The notes beneath the pieces were generated by a model. The model saw only the letters and a program-made list of their open reading frames with translations. It was not told the DNA's origin and made no database searches. Shown here piece after piece: positions 11,175-19,482 of a stretch of 25,285 bases of DNA. The DNA is from Polyangiaceae bacterium (lineage in GTDB: Bacteria > Myxococcota_A > Polyangia > Polyangiales > Polyangiaceae): assembly GCA_044222475.1 (NCBI GenBank), contig JBGANF010000114.1:1-25285 (forward strand). Direction: 5' to 3'. How positions within the stretch are numbered: the first letter of the stretch is position 1; each line of letters begins with the position of its first letter. A program made the translations under genes and the position numbers.

Positions 11175-11999
11175 TTGATCCGAGGGAAAGCTCGAGCGCT
11201 CGGCCTTGTTTGGCTACTCGGGCTCCTGCTCGCGCTCCTCGGTACAGCCTCGGCGGAAGATACCAGTCGGGCGCGCACCGACCTCAACGATCCGGATTTT
11301 CGAGTGCGAGTCGCGGCTGCGCTCGCGCTCGGCAAGTCGCGTGACGGTTCGGCGCGCGCACCGCTCGAAACCGCGCTCGGCGACACGAACCTCGCGGTGC
11401 GCTCGGCCGCTGCCGCCGCTCTCGGTCAGCTCAACGACACCGCCGCGGTGCCCGCGCTTCAGCGTGCGGTCGCGAAGGAGACGTCCGAGAGCGTCAAAGC
11501 GCAGATGACGCAGTCGCTCGAAATGCTCAACAAGCTGCTGACGCTGCAGGGCGTGCAGGTGGTGATTCAAGTCGGCAACATGAAGAACTCGAGCGGCGTT
11601 CGCGGCGAGCAGCTGAGCGACGTGATGCGCAACGCGACGGCGTCCCGCGCGCGGTCGATGCCGAACGCGGTCGTCGCCGGTCCGGGCGACTCGGCGCTGC
11701 TCCAGCGCGCGCACGACAAGCAGATCCCGGTGATGGCGCTCGACGGCACGATCCTCAAGCTCTCGCAGACGCAGGCGTCGAACACGATGACCGTCCAGGC
11801 GCAGATCGAGTTCAGCATGCGCAAGGTCCCCGACCAGACGCTGAAGGGCACGCTCACCGGTGCTGCGACGACGGTCGGAACGTCGCAAGGTCCGACGAGC
11901 GCGATCGGGATTCTGCGGCTCCAGGACCAGGCCGTCGACGGAGCCGTCGAAAGCGCGCTCCGCGGCGCGGATCGCGGTATCGTCGTCGCTGCGCGCTGA
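11175..11999 (+). CDS. Exported HEAT-repeat protein with a C-terminal domain of unknown function
   Basis: GAGGAGG RBS before TTG 11175; signal peptide (ALGLVWLLGLLLALLGTASA); HEAT repeats DPDFRVRVAAALALG and DTNLAVRSAAAAALG. Confidence 0.8.
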   Translation: MIRGKARALGLVWLLGLLLALLGTASAEDTSRARTDLNDPDFRVRVAAALALGKSRDGSARAPLETALGDTNLAVRSAAAAALGQLNDTAAVPALQRAVAKETSESVKAQMTQSLEMLNKLLTLQGVQVVIQVGNMKNSSGVRGEQLSDVMRNATASRARSMPNAVVAGPGDSALLQRAHDKQIPVMALDGTILKLSQTQASNTMTVQAQIEFSMRKVPDQTLKGTLTGAATTVGTSQGPTSAIGILRLQDQAVDGAVESALRGADRGIVVAAR

Positions 12000-12029
12000 G
12001 CCTCCTTCGTGGGGGCGCGCGCTGCGATC

Positions 12030-13112
12030 ATGCGCGTTCTCTTCGTCTCGAAACCCGTGATGCCGCCGTGGAACGACGGCTCGAAGAACCTCGTCCGCGA
12101 CGTCGCGTCGCACGTCACGCGGATCCTTCCGACGGTGATGGTGGCGCCCGGTGCGCCGAGCCTCGGGCCGCGCGTCACGCGCGAGCCGGTCTACGGCCTC
12201 GCTGGCCGCTTCGCGCCGGGGGCGAACACGCTGGTGATGAACCGGCTCCTCTTCGGTCCGCCGCTCGATGCGTGGCAGTTCGTGTTCGCGCCGAACGTCG
12301 CGTCGTCGTCGGCGGCGCGGGTCGCGATCGCGGCGCAGCGCGCCCGTGGCTGGAAAGGGCAGGTCGTGCAGGTCGTCGCGAGTCGGCCGAAGGACTTCGG
12401 GAGCGTGAGGTCGCTCCTGTTCGGCGATCGGATCGTCGTGATGAGCGAGTGGACGAAGGAGCGCATGGTCGAGAGCGGCGTCGCCGCCGATCGCATGGTC
12501 GTCATTCCTCCGTGCGCTGAGTCGCCGGCGCCGAAGTCGCACGACGAGGTGAGCGCGTTTCGCGCCGCGCATGGTCTCGGTGATGGTCCGATCGTGCTGT
12601 ATCCCGGTGACCTCGAGTTCTCGACCGGGGCGCTCACGTTCGCGCGCGCCGCTGGAGAGATCCTTCGTCGGGTGCCGGGGGCGCGGATCGTCTTCGCGTG
12701 TCGGCCGAAGACGGCGCGGGCGGCCGGAGTGGAGGTCGAGCTCCGTGCCGCGTTGGAGCCGGTCGCCGAGTGGGTGACGTTCCTCGGCGAGGTGCCGGAC
12801 ATGCCGCTCGTCCTCGCCGCGGCGGACGTCGTCGTGTTCCCGGTGGACGACCTCTACGGCAAGGTGGACCTTCCGATCGTGCTGCTCGAAGCGCTCGCGC
12901 TGCGAAAGCACGTCGTCGTGGCCGACGGGGGGCCGCTGCCGGAGCTCGGCGCGGTGACCGTCGTCCCGCCGCGCGAGCCGCAGGCGCTCGCCGACGCGGT
13001 CGAGCGCCTCCTCGACGAGGACGTCCAGGCTCACGCCGACGGCATCCGGAGCGCCTGGCACGAGCGGTTTCGCCCCGAGGTCGTGGCCGCCGCGTACGAC
13101 GCCCTGTACTGA
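12030..13112 (+). CDS. Glycosyltransferase family 4 (GT-B fold)
   Basis: MRVLFVSKP N-terminus; VTFLGEVPDMPLVLAAADVVVFP, PIVLLEALA, VVPPREPQALADAVERLL. Confidence 0.9.
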   Translation: MRVLFVSKPVMPPWNDGSKNLVRDVASHVTRILPTVMVAPGAPSLGPRVTREPVYGLAGRFAPGANTLVMNRLLFGPPLDAWQFVFAPNVASSSAARVAIAAQRARGWKGQVVQVVASRPKDFGSVRSLLFGDRIVVMSEWTKERMVESGVAADRMVVIPPCAESPAPKSHDEVSAFRAAHGLGDGPIVLYPGDLEFSTGALTFARAAGEILRRVPGARIVFACRPKTARAAGVEVELRAALEPVAEWVTFLGEVPDMPLVLAAADVVVFPVDDLYGKVDLPIVLLEALALRKHVVVADGGPLPELGAVTVVPPREPQALADAVERLLDEDVQAHADGIRSAWHERFRPEVVAAAYDALY

Positions 13113-13134
13113 CGGTTTGTGCTAGATCGCGCGC

Positions 13135-15858
13135 ATGTCTCTCACTGGGATGTCACGCGCGATGACCGCGGCCGAGGTGCGCCGCTCTTTCCTCGAGTTC
13201 TTCCGCGACAAGGGCCACGAGGTCTGCGCCAGCGCATCGCTGATTCCGAGCAACGACCCGACGCTCATGTTCGCGAATGCGGGGATGGTCCCGTTCAAGG
13301 ACGTGTTCACTGGGAAAGAGTCGCGCCCGTACAAACGCGCGACGTCGAGCCAGAAGTGCATCCGGATCAGCGGCAAGCACAACGACCTCGAGAACGTGGG
13401 CGTGACCGCGCGGCACCACACGTTCTTCGAGATGCTGGGCAACTTCAGCTTCGGCGACTACTTCAAGGAAGACGCGATCGCGTGGGCGTGGGAGCTCCTG
13501 ACCAAGGTCTGGGGCCTCCCCGAGAACCGCTTCGTGCTCACCGTGTTTGGGGGCGCTGATGGCGTCCCCGCCGACGACGAGGCGCGTGCCATCTGGAAGA
13601 AGGTCACCGGCTTCGGTGACGACCGCATCATCGGAATCCCTGGCATTCCCGGCGACAACTTCTGGCAGATGGGCGACACCGGTCCGTGCGGTCCGTGCAC
13701 GGAGCTCCACTTCTTCCTCGGTGAGCTCGAAGACGGCGCGCCCGCCCCCTACGCGACGTTCGGCGAGGAGCCGCTGCCAGACGGCCGCGGGTGGTTCGAG
13801 ATCTGGAACTTGGTCTTCATGCAGTTCGATCGCCAGAAGGACGGCGATGGCTTCCGCATGGACAAGCTGCCGGCGCCGAGCGTCGACACCGGCATGGGGC
13901 TCGAGCGCGTGACGAGCGTCATCCAAGGCAAGACGACGAACTACGACACCGACCTCCTCCGCGCGCTCGTCGAGAAGGCGGCGCAGATCAGCGGCAAACC
14001 CTACGGCGGCTCGCAAGCGGACGACGACATGTCGATGCGCGTCATCGCCGATCACGCCCGGACGACGGCGTTTCTCATCGCCGAGGGCATCGTCCCAGAT
14101 AGGGACGGGCGGCCGTACGTACTCCGTCGCGTCATGCGACGTGCGATCCGCCACGGGCATCGCCTGGGCATCGGGCGACCGTTTCTCCACGAAGTGGCTC
14201 TGGAGGTCGTGGCGCGGATGGGCGACGTCTACCCCGAGCTCGTCACGCGCAAGGAGATGATCGCGAGCATCGCTGAGCAGGAAGAGATCCGCTTCCGCGA
14301 GACGATCGATCGCGGTTTGAAGATCCTCGATGAGGAGATCGCGACGATGGGCGCGCGACGCGAGATTTCGGGCGCGACCGCGTTCAAGCTCTACGACACG
14401 TATGGGTTCCCGCTCGACCTCACCGAGGTGATCGCGAAGGAGCGCGGACTCACGGTCGACGGCGCGGGATACGACAAGGCGCTCGACGAGGCGAAGGCCA
14501 GAAGCCAGGGCTCGAAGCTCGCCGACGAGGCCGTCGCCGACGTCTGGCGCGCCGCGCTGACGAAGCTCCAAGCGGTTGCGCCCAGTGTTCGGTTCACCGG
14601 CTACGATCGCGAGGACGGCGCGGCGAAGATCGTCGCGATCGCGAAGGAAGGCGCGCTGGTCGAGGTGGCGGAGCAGGGCGAGACCGTCGACGTGATCGTC
14701 GACGTCACGCCGTTCTACGGCGAGGCCGGCGGGCAGGTGGGCGACCACGGCGTGATCGCGTCGTTGGGAACCGACTCCAAGATGCACGTCACCGACACGC
14801 AGAAGCCGCTCCCCGGGCTCGTGACGCACCACGGCGAGGTCACCCACGGTGCGTTTCGCGTGGGCGACGCGGTGAAGCTCGAGGTGGACCACGCGCGTCG
14901 CTCGGCGACGCGGCGCAACCACTCGGCGACGCACCTTCTGCACTGGGCGCTGCGCACCGTCCTCGGCGAGCAGGCGACGCAGAAGGGGTCGCTCGTGGGG
15001 CCGGATCGCCTTCGCTTCGATTTTCTCCACGGCAAGGCGGTCACTGCGCACGAGCTTTCGCTGATCGAGGATCTCGTGAACGACAAGATCCTCCAGAACG
15101 CGCCGGTCGAGACCGAGGTCATGTCGCAGGACGACGCGCGCAAGAAGGGCGCGATGGCGATCTTCGAAGAGAAGTACGGAGACGTCGTTCGCGTGCTCAC
15201 GATGACGCGCGACTCGGTCGAGCTGTGCGGTGGAACGCACGCGCGTGCCCTCGGCGAGATCGGTCTGTTCAAGATCACGAGCGAAGGCGGAGTGTCCGCC
15301 GGCGTGCGCCGCATCGAGGCGGCAACGGGGAAGAACGCGCTCGCGTACGTGCGGGAGCTCGAGACGACGCTCGACGCTGCGGCCGACGTCGTGAAGAGCG
15401 CCAAGGGCGACCTGAAGGACAAGCTCGAGAAGCTGACGCTGCGCGACAAGCAGCTCGAGAAGGAAGTCGCCGATCTCAAGCGGAAGCTGGCGATGGGTGG
15501 GGGCGGCGGCGTGGACGCTCAATTGAGCGCGGCGCGTGACGTGCCGGGCGGAAAAGCGCTTGCGGTGCGGGTCGACGTCGGCGACGCGGCGACCTTGCGC
15601 GAGCTCGCGGAGAAGCTTCGCGACAAGCTCGGCGAGGCCGTCGTCCTCGTCGGCGCGGCCGCGGGCGACAAGGCGATGCTCGTGATCACGGTCTCGAAGG
15701 GGATGACGGATCGCTACAAGGCGGGTGATCTGATCCGCCACGTGGCCGAGGTCGTCGGCGGGAAGGGCGGCGGTCGTCCGGACATGGCGCAGGCCGGAGG
15801 GCCGAACGTGGAGAAGCTCGACGAGGCGCTCGCCGCGTTCTACGCGCGCCTCAGCTGA
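13135..15858 (+). CDS. alaS: Alanine--tRNA ligase
   Basis: DPTLMFANAGMVPFK, RHHTFFEMLGNFSFGDYFK, EIWNLVFMQF, DTGMGLER, editing domain NHSATHLLH...ELCGGTH, C-terminal GGKGGGRPDMAQAGG. Start may instead be 13150 or 13162. Confidence 0.98.
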   Translation: MSLTGMSRAMTAAEVRRSFLEFFRDKGHEVCASASLIPSNDPTLMFANAGMVPFKDVFTGKESRPYKRATSSQKCIRISGKHNDLENVGVTARHHTFFEMLGNFSFGDYFKEDAIAWAWELLTKVWGLPENRFVLTVFGGADGVPADDEARAIWKKVTGFGDDRIIGIPGIPGDNFWQMGDTGPCGPCTELHFFLGELEDGAPAPYATFGEEPLPDGRGWFEIWNLVFMQFDRQKDGDGFRMDKLPAPSVDTGMGLERVTSVIQGKTTNYDTDLLRALVEKAAQISGKPYGGSQADDDMSMRVIADHARTTAFLIAEGIVPDRDGRPYVLRRVMRRAIRHGHRLGIGRPFLHEVALEVVARMGDVYPELVTRKEMIASIAEQEEIRFRETIDRGLKILDEEIATMGARREISGATAFKLYDTYGFPLDLTEVIAKERGLTVDGAGYDKALDEAKARSQGSKLADEAVADVWRAALTKLQAVAPSVRFTGYDREDGAAKIVAIAKEGALVEVAEQGETVDVIVDVTPFYGEAGGQVGDHGVIASLGTDSKMHVTDTQKPLPGLVTHHGEVTHGAFRVGDAVKLEVDHARRSATRRNHSATHLLHWALRTVLGEQATQKGSLVGPDRLRFDFLHGKAVTAHELSLIEDLVNDKILQNAPVETEVMSQDDARKKGAMAIFEEKYGDVVRVLTMTRDSVELCGGTHARALGEIGLFKITSEGGVSAGVRRIEAATGKNALAYVRELETTLDAAADVVKSAKGDLKDKLEKLTLRDKQLEKEVADLKRKLAMGGGGGVDAQLSAARDVPGGKALAVRVDVGDAATLRELAEKLRDKLGEAVVLVGAAAGDKAMLVITVSKGMTDRYKAGDLIRHVAEVVGGKGGGRPDMAQAGGPNVEKLDEALAAFYARLS

Positions 15859-15863
15859 CGCGC

Positions 15864-16520
15864 ATGCGGATCGTCTGCGTCGCCGATACGCATCTCTTCC
15901 ATCACGAGCTCGTGATCCCGGACGGTGACGTGTTCGTGCACGCCGGCGACATGTGTCGAGGAGGCGAGCTTGCCGAGCTCGCCATCGCCGCCGACTGGAT
16001 CCGCGATCTGCCGCACCGCCGGAAGGTCGTTGTCGCGGGGAACCACGACTGGGCGCTCGCCACCGACGCTGATCGGGACAGAGCTCGCGAGCTCTTTGCC
16101 GGGATGGACTACCTGGAGGACGCGGGGGTCGAGATCGACGGAGTTCGGTTCTGGGGAAGCCCGTGGCAGCCGGAGTACAACGAGTGGGCGTTCAACCTCC
16201 CGCGGGGAGAAGCCCTGCGCGAGAAGTGGGCACTCATCCCCGAGGGGCTCGACGTTCTCGTGACGCACGGGCCGCCGTTTGGGTACGGTGATCGCTCGAG
16301 CACATCGGGGCGTGATGGGTGCGCGGATCTCCTCGCCCGTGTGCGAGCGGTGAAGCCGAGGCTTCATCTGTTCGGGCACATCCACGAAGACGGGGGCGCC
16401 TGGCAGCTGGACGGTACCTGGATCGTCAACTGCACGACCTGGGAGTGCGAGCGAGCGCCGACGGTGATCGACATCGAAATTGATTCCATCCGAATCGAAG
16501 CGCCTGCGCCCCGGAGCTAG
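15864..16520 (+). CDS. Calcineurin-like metallophosphoesterase (MPPED/239FB-like)
   Basis: Motifs ADTH, HAGD, AGNHD, VTHGPP, FGHIHE; begins 5 nt after the alaS stop. Confidence 0.9.
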   Translation: MRIVCVADTHLFHHELVIPDGDVFVHAGDMCRGGELAELAIAADWIRDLPHRRKVVVAGNHDWALATDADRDRARELFAGMDYLEDAGVEIDGVRFWGSPWQPEYNEWAFNLPRGEALREKWALIPEGLDVLVTHGPPFGYGDRSSTSGRDGCADLLARVRAVKPRLHLFGHIHEDGGAWQLDGTWIVNCTTWECERAPTVIDIEIDSIRIEAPAPRS

Positions 16521-16559
16521 AGCGTCGAGGGGGACCTAGCCACGCCGAGCGAGACGGCG

Positions 16560-16628
16560 GCCGGCTAACGATTCGAACGGACCGGCGACTCGTCGTGCGA
16601 CCCGCCTCGCAGAGGATCGTTAGCCGGC
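16560..16628. repeat. 13-bp perfect inverted repeat enclosing a 43-nt internally structured spacer
   Basis: GCCGGCTAACGAT (16560-72) and ATCGTTAGCCGGC (16616-28); internal TGCGA-N6-TCGCA hairpin. Confidence 0.75.
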
Positions 16629-16711
16629 TTCCCAGGTTGGGCGAGGTGGCGCGGAAGTGGCGCGCGGGCCGGCGCGCCAGGGGGAAGGTGCGTGTTTTGC
16701 CGATCGGGAGG

Positions 16712-16728
16712 TTGGTACGGAAGATGCG
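16712..16728 (+). promoter_or_regulatory. Sigma54 (-24/-12) promoter upstream of the MarR gene
   Basis: TTGGTACGGAAGATGCG: GG(16714-15)-N10-GC(16726-27), close to the TGGCACG-N4-TTGC consensus; ATG lies 12 nt after the GC. Confidence 0.65.
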
Positions 16729-16739
16729 AAGGCAGTCGC

Positions 16740-17294
16740 ATGGACCGCGTCGTGTTCTGCACCAAGCGCGCTCATCTCTCGTACACACGGCACGCCAACC
16801 GCGCGTTGGCGCGGTGGCAGCTCACCGCCGCTCGGATGGATCTGTTCGTGTGCCATCGAAACGCTCTTCGCGTTCACGGCGTCGTCTACCAGCGCGACCT
16901 CGTCGCTCTCCTCGGCGTTTCGCGCGCCACCGTCACCGTCATGCTCCGCCGCATGGAGAAGCACGGTTTCGTCGAGCGTCGCCGCTCCGACCACGACCGG
17001 CGTCAGGTCGTGGTCGTCATCACACCGGCAGGCTACGCCACGTTCGCCAAGGCCAGCCACCTCGTCGACGCAGGCGTGTACCGCGAGATCGTCGACGCGA
17101 CGCTCCTACTGCGAGACTTCGCCGAGCCGCTGCGCGCCAAGCGCGCACGCTTCCTCCACTACATCGACGACCTGCGCGCGACGTTTGGCGACCTCACGAC
17201 TCCGCCGTACGCCATCGACACGCCCGCCGTGCCGCAGCATGACGCGATGGGCGCGCGGATCGACGCGCTCTTGAACCGATACGTCACGCAGTGA
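16740..17294 (+). CDS. MarR-family winged-helix transcriptional regulator with C-terminal extension
   Basis: [48 protein letters not shown] (HTH plus DRR wing). Confidence 0.9.
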   Translation: MDRVVFCTKRAHLSYTRHANRALARWQLTAARMDLFVCHRNALRVHGVVYQRDLVALLGVSRATVTVMLRRMEKHGFVERRRSDHDRRQVVVVITPAGYATFAKASHLVDAGVYREIVDATLLLRDFAEPLRAKRARFLHYIDDLRATFGDLTTPPYAIDTPAVPQHDAMGARIDALLNRYVTQ

Positions 17295-17300
17295 CCGCTG

Positions 17301-18278
17301 TCAGTCGGCCCCTTCCTTCGGAACGTTGCCGAGCGCCGCATCGATCGTCTTCATCACGTCTGCCGTGAGCTTGGCGACGACGTCGGCCGCCTTCATGTTC
17401 TCGGTGACCTGCGCCGCTCGACTCGCGCCGGTGATGACGCTGCTCACGTTCTCGTTCTTCAGGCACCAGGCGATGGCGAGCTGCGCGAGCGTCACACCCA
17501 GGTCCTTCGCGATGGGCTCGAGCTTCTTGACCTTCGCGATGCGCTCGTCACCGAGGACATGCTCCCCGAGCCACTTCATGTTGGGAAGATCGAGCCGGCT
17601 CCCCTTCGGGATGCCATCGTTGTACTTGCCGGTGAGCACGCCCGAGGCGAGCGGGCTCCAGATCGTCGTCCCGTAGCCGAGCTCGCGGAACAGCGGAAGA
17701 TACTCGAGCTCCATGCGCCTCCGATGCAGCATGTTGTACTGCGGCTGCTCCATGACCGGCGGAGTGAGGCCGTTCTCTTTTGCGAGGCCGTGCGCGCGCA
17801 GGATGTCCGCGGCGCTCCACTCGCTCGTCCCCCAGTAGAAGATCTTGCCCTGGCGTACGAGCACATCCATCGCGCGCACCGTCTCTTCGATGGGCGTCTC
17901 GGGGTCGGGCCGATGACAGAAACACAGGTCGACGTACTCGAGGCCGAGGCGCCGAAGCGCTGCGTTCACGCCCTCGATGACGTGCTTGTGCGAGAGCCCC
18001 TTGTCGTTCGGGCCCTCGCCACCCCAGAAGATCTTCGTCGAGACCACGATCGATTCGCGTCGCCACTCGGCCCTTCGGATGGCCTTGCCCATGACGATCT
18101 CGGCGTTGCCGTTCGCGTACGCCTCGGCGTTGTCGAAGAAATTCACGCCGGCGTCGTAGGCGGCCTTCATGCACTCGTAGGTCGGGTCTTCGCCGATCTG
18201 GCCCCCGACCGTGACCCACGCTCCGTACGACAGCTCCGAGACCTTGAGCCCGCTCTTTCCCAGCCTGCGGTAACGCAT
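17301..18278 (-). CDS. Aldo/keto reductase (Kv-beta-like subfamily)
   Basis: [61 protein letters not shown]. Confidence 0.93.
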   Translation of the reverse strand: MRYRRLGKSGLKVSELSYGAWVTVGGQIGEDPTYECMKAAYDAGVNFFDNAEAYANGNAEIVMGKAIRRAEWRRESIVVSTKIFWGGEGPNDKGLSHKHVIEGVNAALRRLGLEYVDLCFCHRPDPETPIEETVRAMDVLVRQGKIFYWGTSEWSAADILRAHGLAKENGLTPPVMEQPQYNMLHRRRMELEYLPLFRELGYGTTIWSPLASGVLTGKYNDGIPKGSRLDLPNMKWLGEHVLGDERIAKVKKLEPIAKDLGVTLAQLAIAWCLKNENVSSVITGASRAAQVTENMKAADVVAKLTADVMKTIDAALGNVPKEGAD

Positions 18279-18284
18279 GGGGCT

Positions 18285-18294
18285 GTGCTACCAC
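18285..18294. promoter_or_regulatory. Candidate bidirectional extended -10 element
   Basis: GTGCTACCAC (reverse complement GTGGTAGCAC) in the 25-bp gap between divergent ATGs at 18278 and 18304. Confidence 0.45.
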
Positions 18295-18303
18295 GTTCTC
18301 CCG

Positions 18304-18729
18304 ATGAAGCGCCTCGCCGTCGCCGCCTGCCTCGTTCTCGTTGCCTGCAACGGCACGAAAGACGAAGTGCGCTCGCTCTCCACCGCGGTCGATGCGTACC
18401 GCAAGGCGGAGAACGACAAGAAGCCGGACCTCGCCGACGCGATCGACAAGGTGCCGTGCACCGACGCGGAGGTGTGCACGGCCAAGGCCGCCTGCAAGAA
18501 GAGCGCGGACGAGACCGCCAAGGGCCTGCGCCTGCAGAAGGATCTCGCGAAGCGCGTCGAAGACGTGAAGGCGGGGAAGATCCTCCCGGGGTCGCCAGAG
18601 GCGCTGAAGATCTCCCTCGACATGGCAGAGGGGGATCAGCTGCTCGCCGACGGGATCAAGGACCTCGACGAGTGCGACAATCAGCTGATCAAGTTGCGTG
18701 TAAAATACAATATACCGTCGGAGCGCTGA
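18304..18729 (+). CDS. Hypothetical alpha-helical lipoprotein
   Basis: MKRLAVAACLVLVA-C lipobox; charged helical mature part with four further Cys. Confidence 0.85.
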   Translation: MKRLAVAACLVLVACNGTKDEVRSLSTAVDAYRKAENDKKPDLADAIDKVPCTDAEVCTAKAACKKSADETAKGLRLQKDLAKRVEDVKAGKILPGSPEALKISLDMAEGDQLLADGIKDLDECDNQLIKLRVKYNIPSER

Positions 18730-18738
18730 GCGCGCTCT

Positions 18739-19482
18739 TCACGCGAGAAGCGCGGCCACTCGCGGGTCGCCCCGGTACGGGTCGATCTCGGTGGCCTGGC
18801 GCAGCGAGTCCTTGAACGCCGGCTCTCCCTGGATCGTCCGCTGCATCGCTCCCACCATGGCGTTCACGTTGCCGAGCAGCGCGAGCGAGCACGTCGCGAT
18901 GTAGTCGTTGTAGGGGTCCTGCTGCATCCGCTGGGCGGATGACGCATCTTCGATGGCCGCCTGAGCGCGCTTCAAGCAGAGGTTGCAGAGCGCCCGCAAC
19001 TGGAAGACCTCCGGGTTCACGTTGCCGCCGGCGAGAAACGCGTCGAAGTCGGCGATGGCCTCCTCGTACTTCTCCCGGTCGACGAGGAGCTTCCCTCGCA
19101 GGTGCCGCGGGCCAGGTTGCTCCGGCATGATCGCGATCGCTTGGTTGAACGCATCGAGCGCTTCGTCGTCGCGCTCGAGCTTGCGCAAGCACATCGCGCG
19201 CTGGAAGTGGTTCTGCGCCGCGTACGGCGGGGGCTCCATCGCGATCGCCTTGGCGTAGTCGACCTCGGCGAGGTCGTGGCGGCCCATGTTGTGGTACGCG
19301 AACGCCCGCTGCGAATACATCGTGATGTAGCGCTGGCGGAACTGGTCGTCGATCGCGAGGCCTTCGCTGAACTTCGCGGCGGCCTCCGGGAAGCGCCGCT
19401 CTTGAATCATCGCCTCGCCCTCGGCGTAGATCGCCTGGAGGCGCGCGAAGTTGGCCGGATCGTGCATCGGTCGGTTGGTCAT
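18739..19482 (-). CDS. Tetratricopeptide-repeat protein, no signal peptide
   Basis: C-terminal part of ORF 18739..20256; ATG 19482 overlaps the upstream stop (ATGA); multiple TPR units (e.g. HFQRAMCLRKLERDDEALDAFNQAIAIMP). Confidence 0.88.
   Translation of the reverse strand: MTNRPMHDPANFARLQAIYAEGEAMIQERRFPEAAAKFSEGLAIDDQFRQRYITMYSQRAFAYHNMGRHDLAEVDYAKAIAMEPPPYAAQNHFQRAMCLRKLERDDEALDAFNQAIAIMPEQPGPRHLRGKLLVDREKYEEAIADFDAFLAGGNVNPEVFQLRALCNLCLKRAQAAIEDASSAQRMQQDPYNDYIATCSLALLGNVNAMVGAMQRTIQGEPAFKDSLRQATEIDPYRGDPRVAALLA

Noticed and set aside
13153..15741. Long antisense and alternative-frame ORFs (e.g. 862 aa opposite alaS, 601 aa at 483..2288, 615 aa at 11214..13061)
   Set aside because: Shadow ORFs expected from high-GC codon bias; Arg/Pro-rich or antisense-mirror composition with no recognisable motifs, and they overlap well-supported genes.
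15864..16628. Metallophosphoesterase gene as a bona fide integron cassette
   Set aside because: No integrase, no second attC-like site, and the gene starts 5 nt after alaS; kept only as a hypothesis for the inverted repeat.
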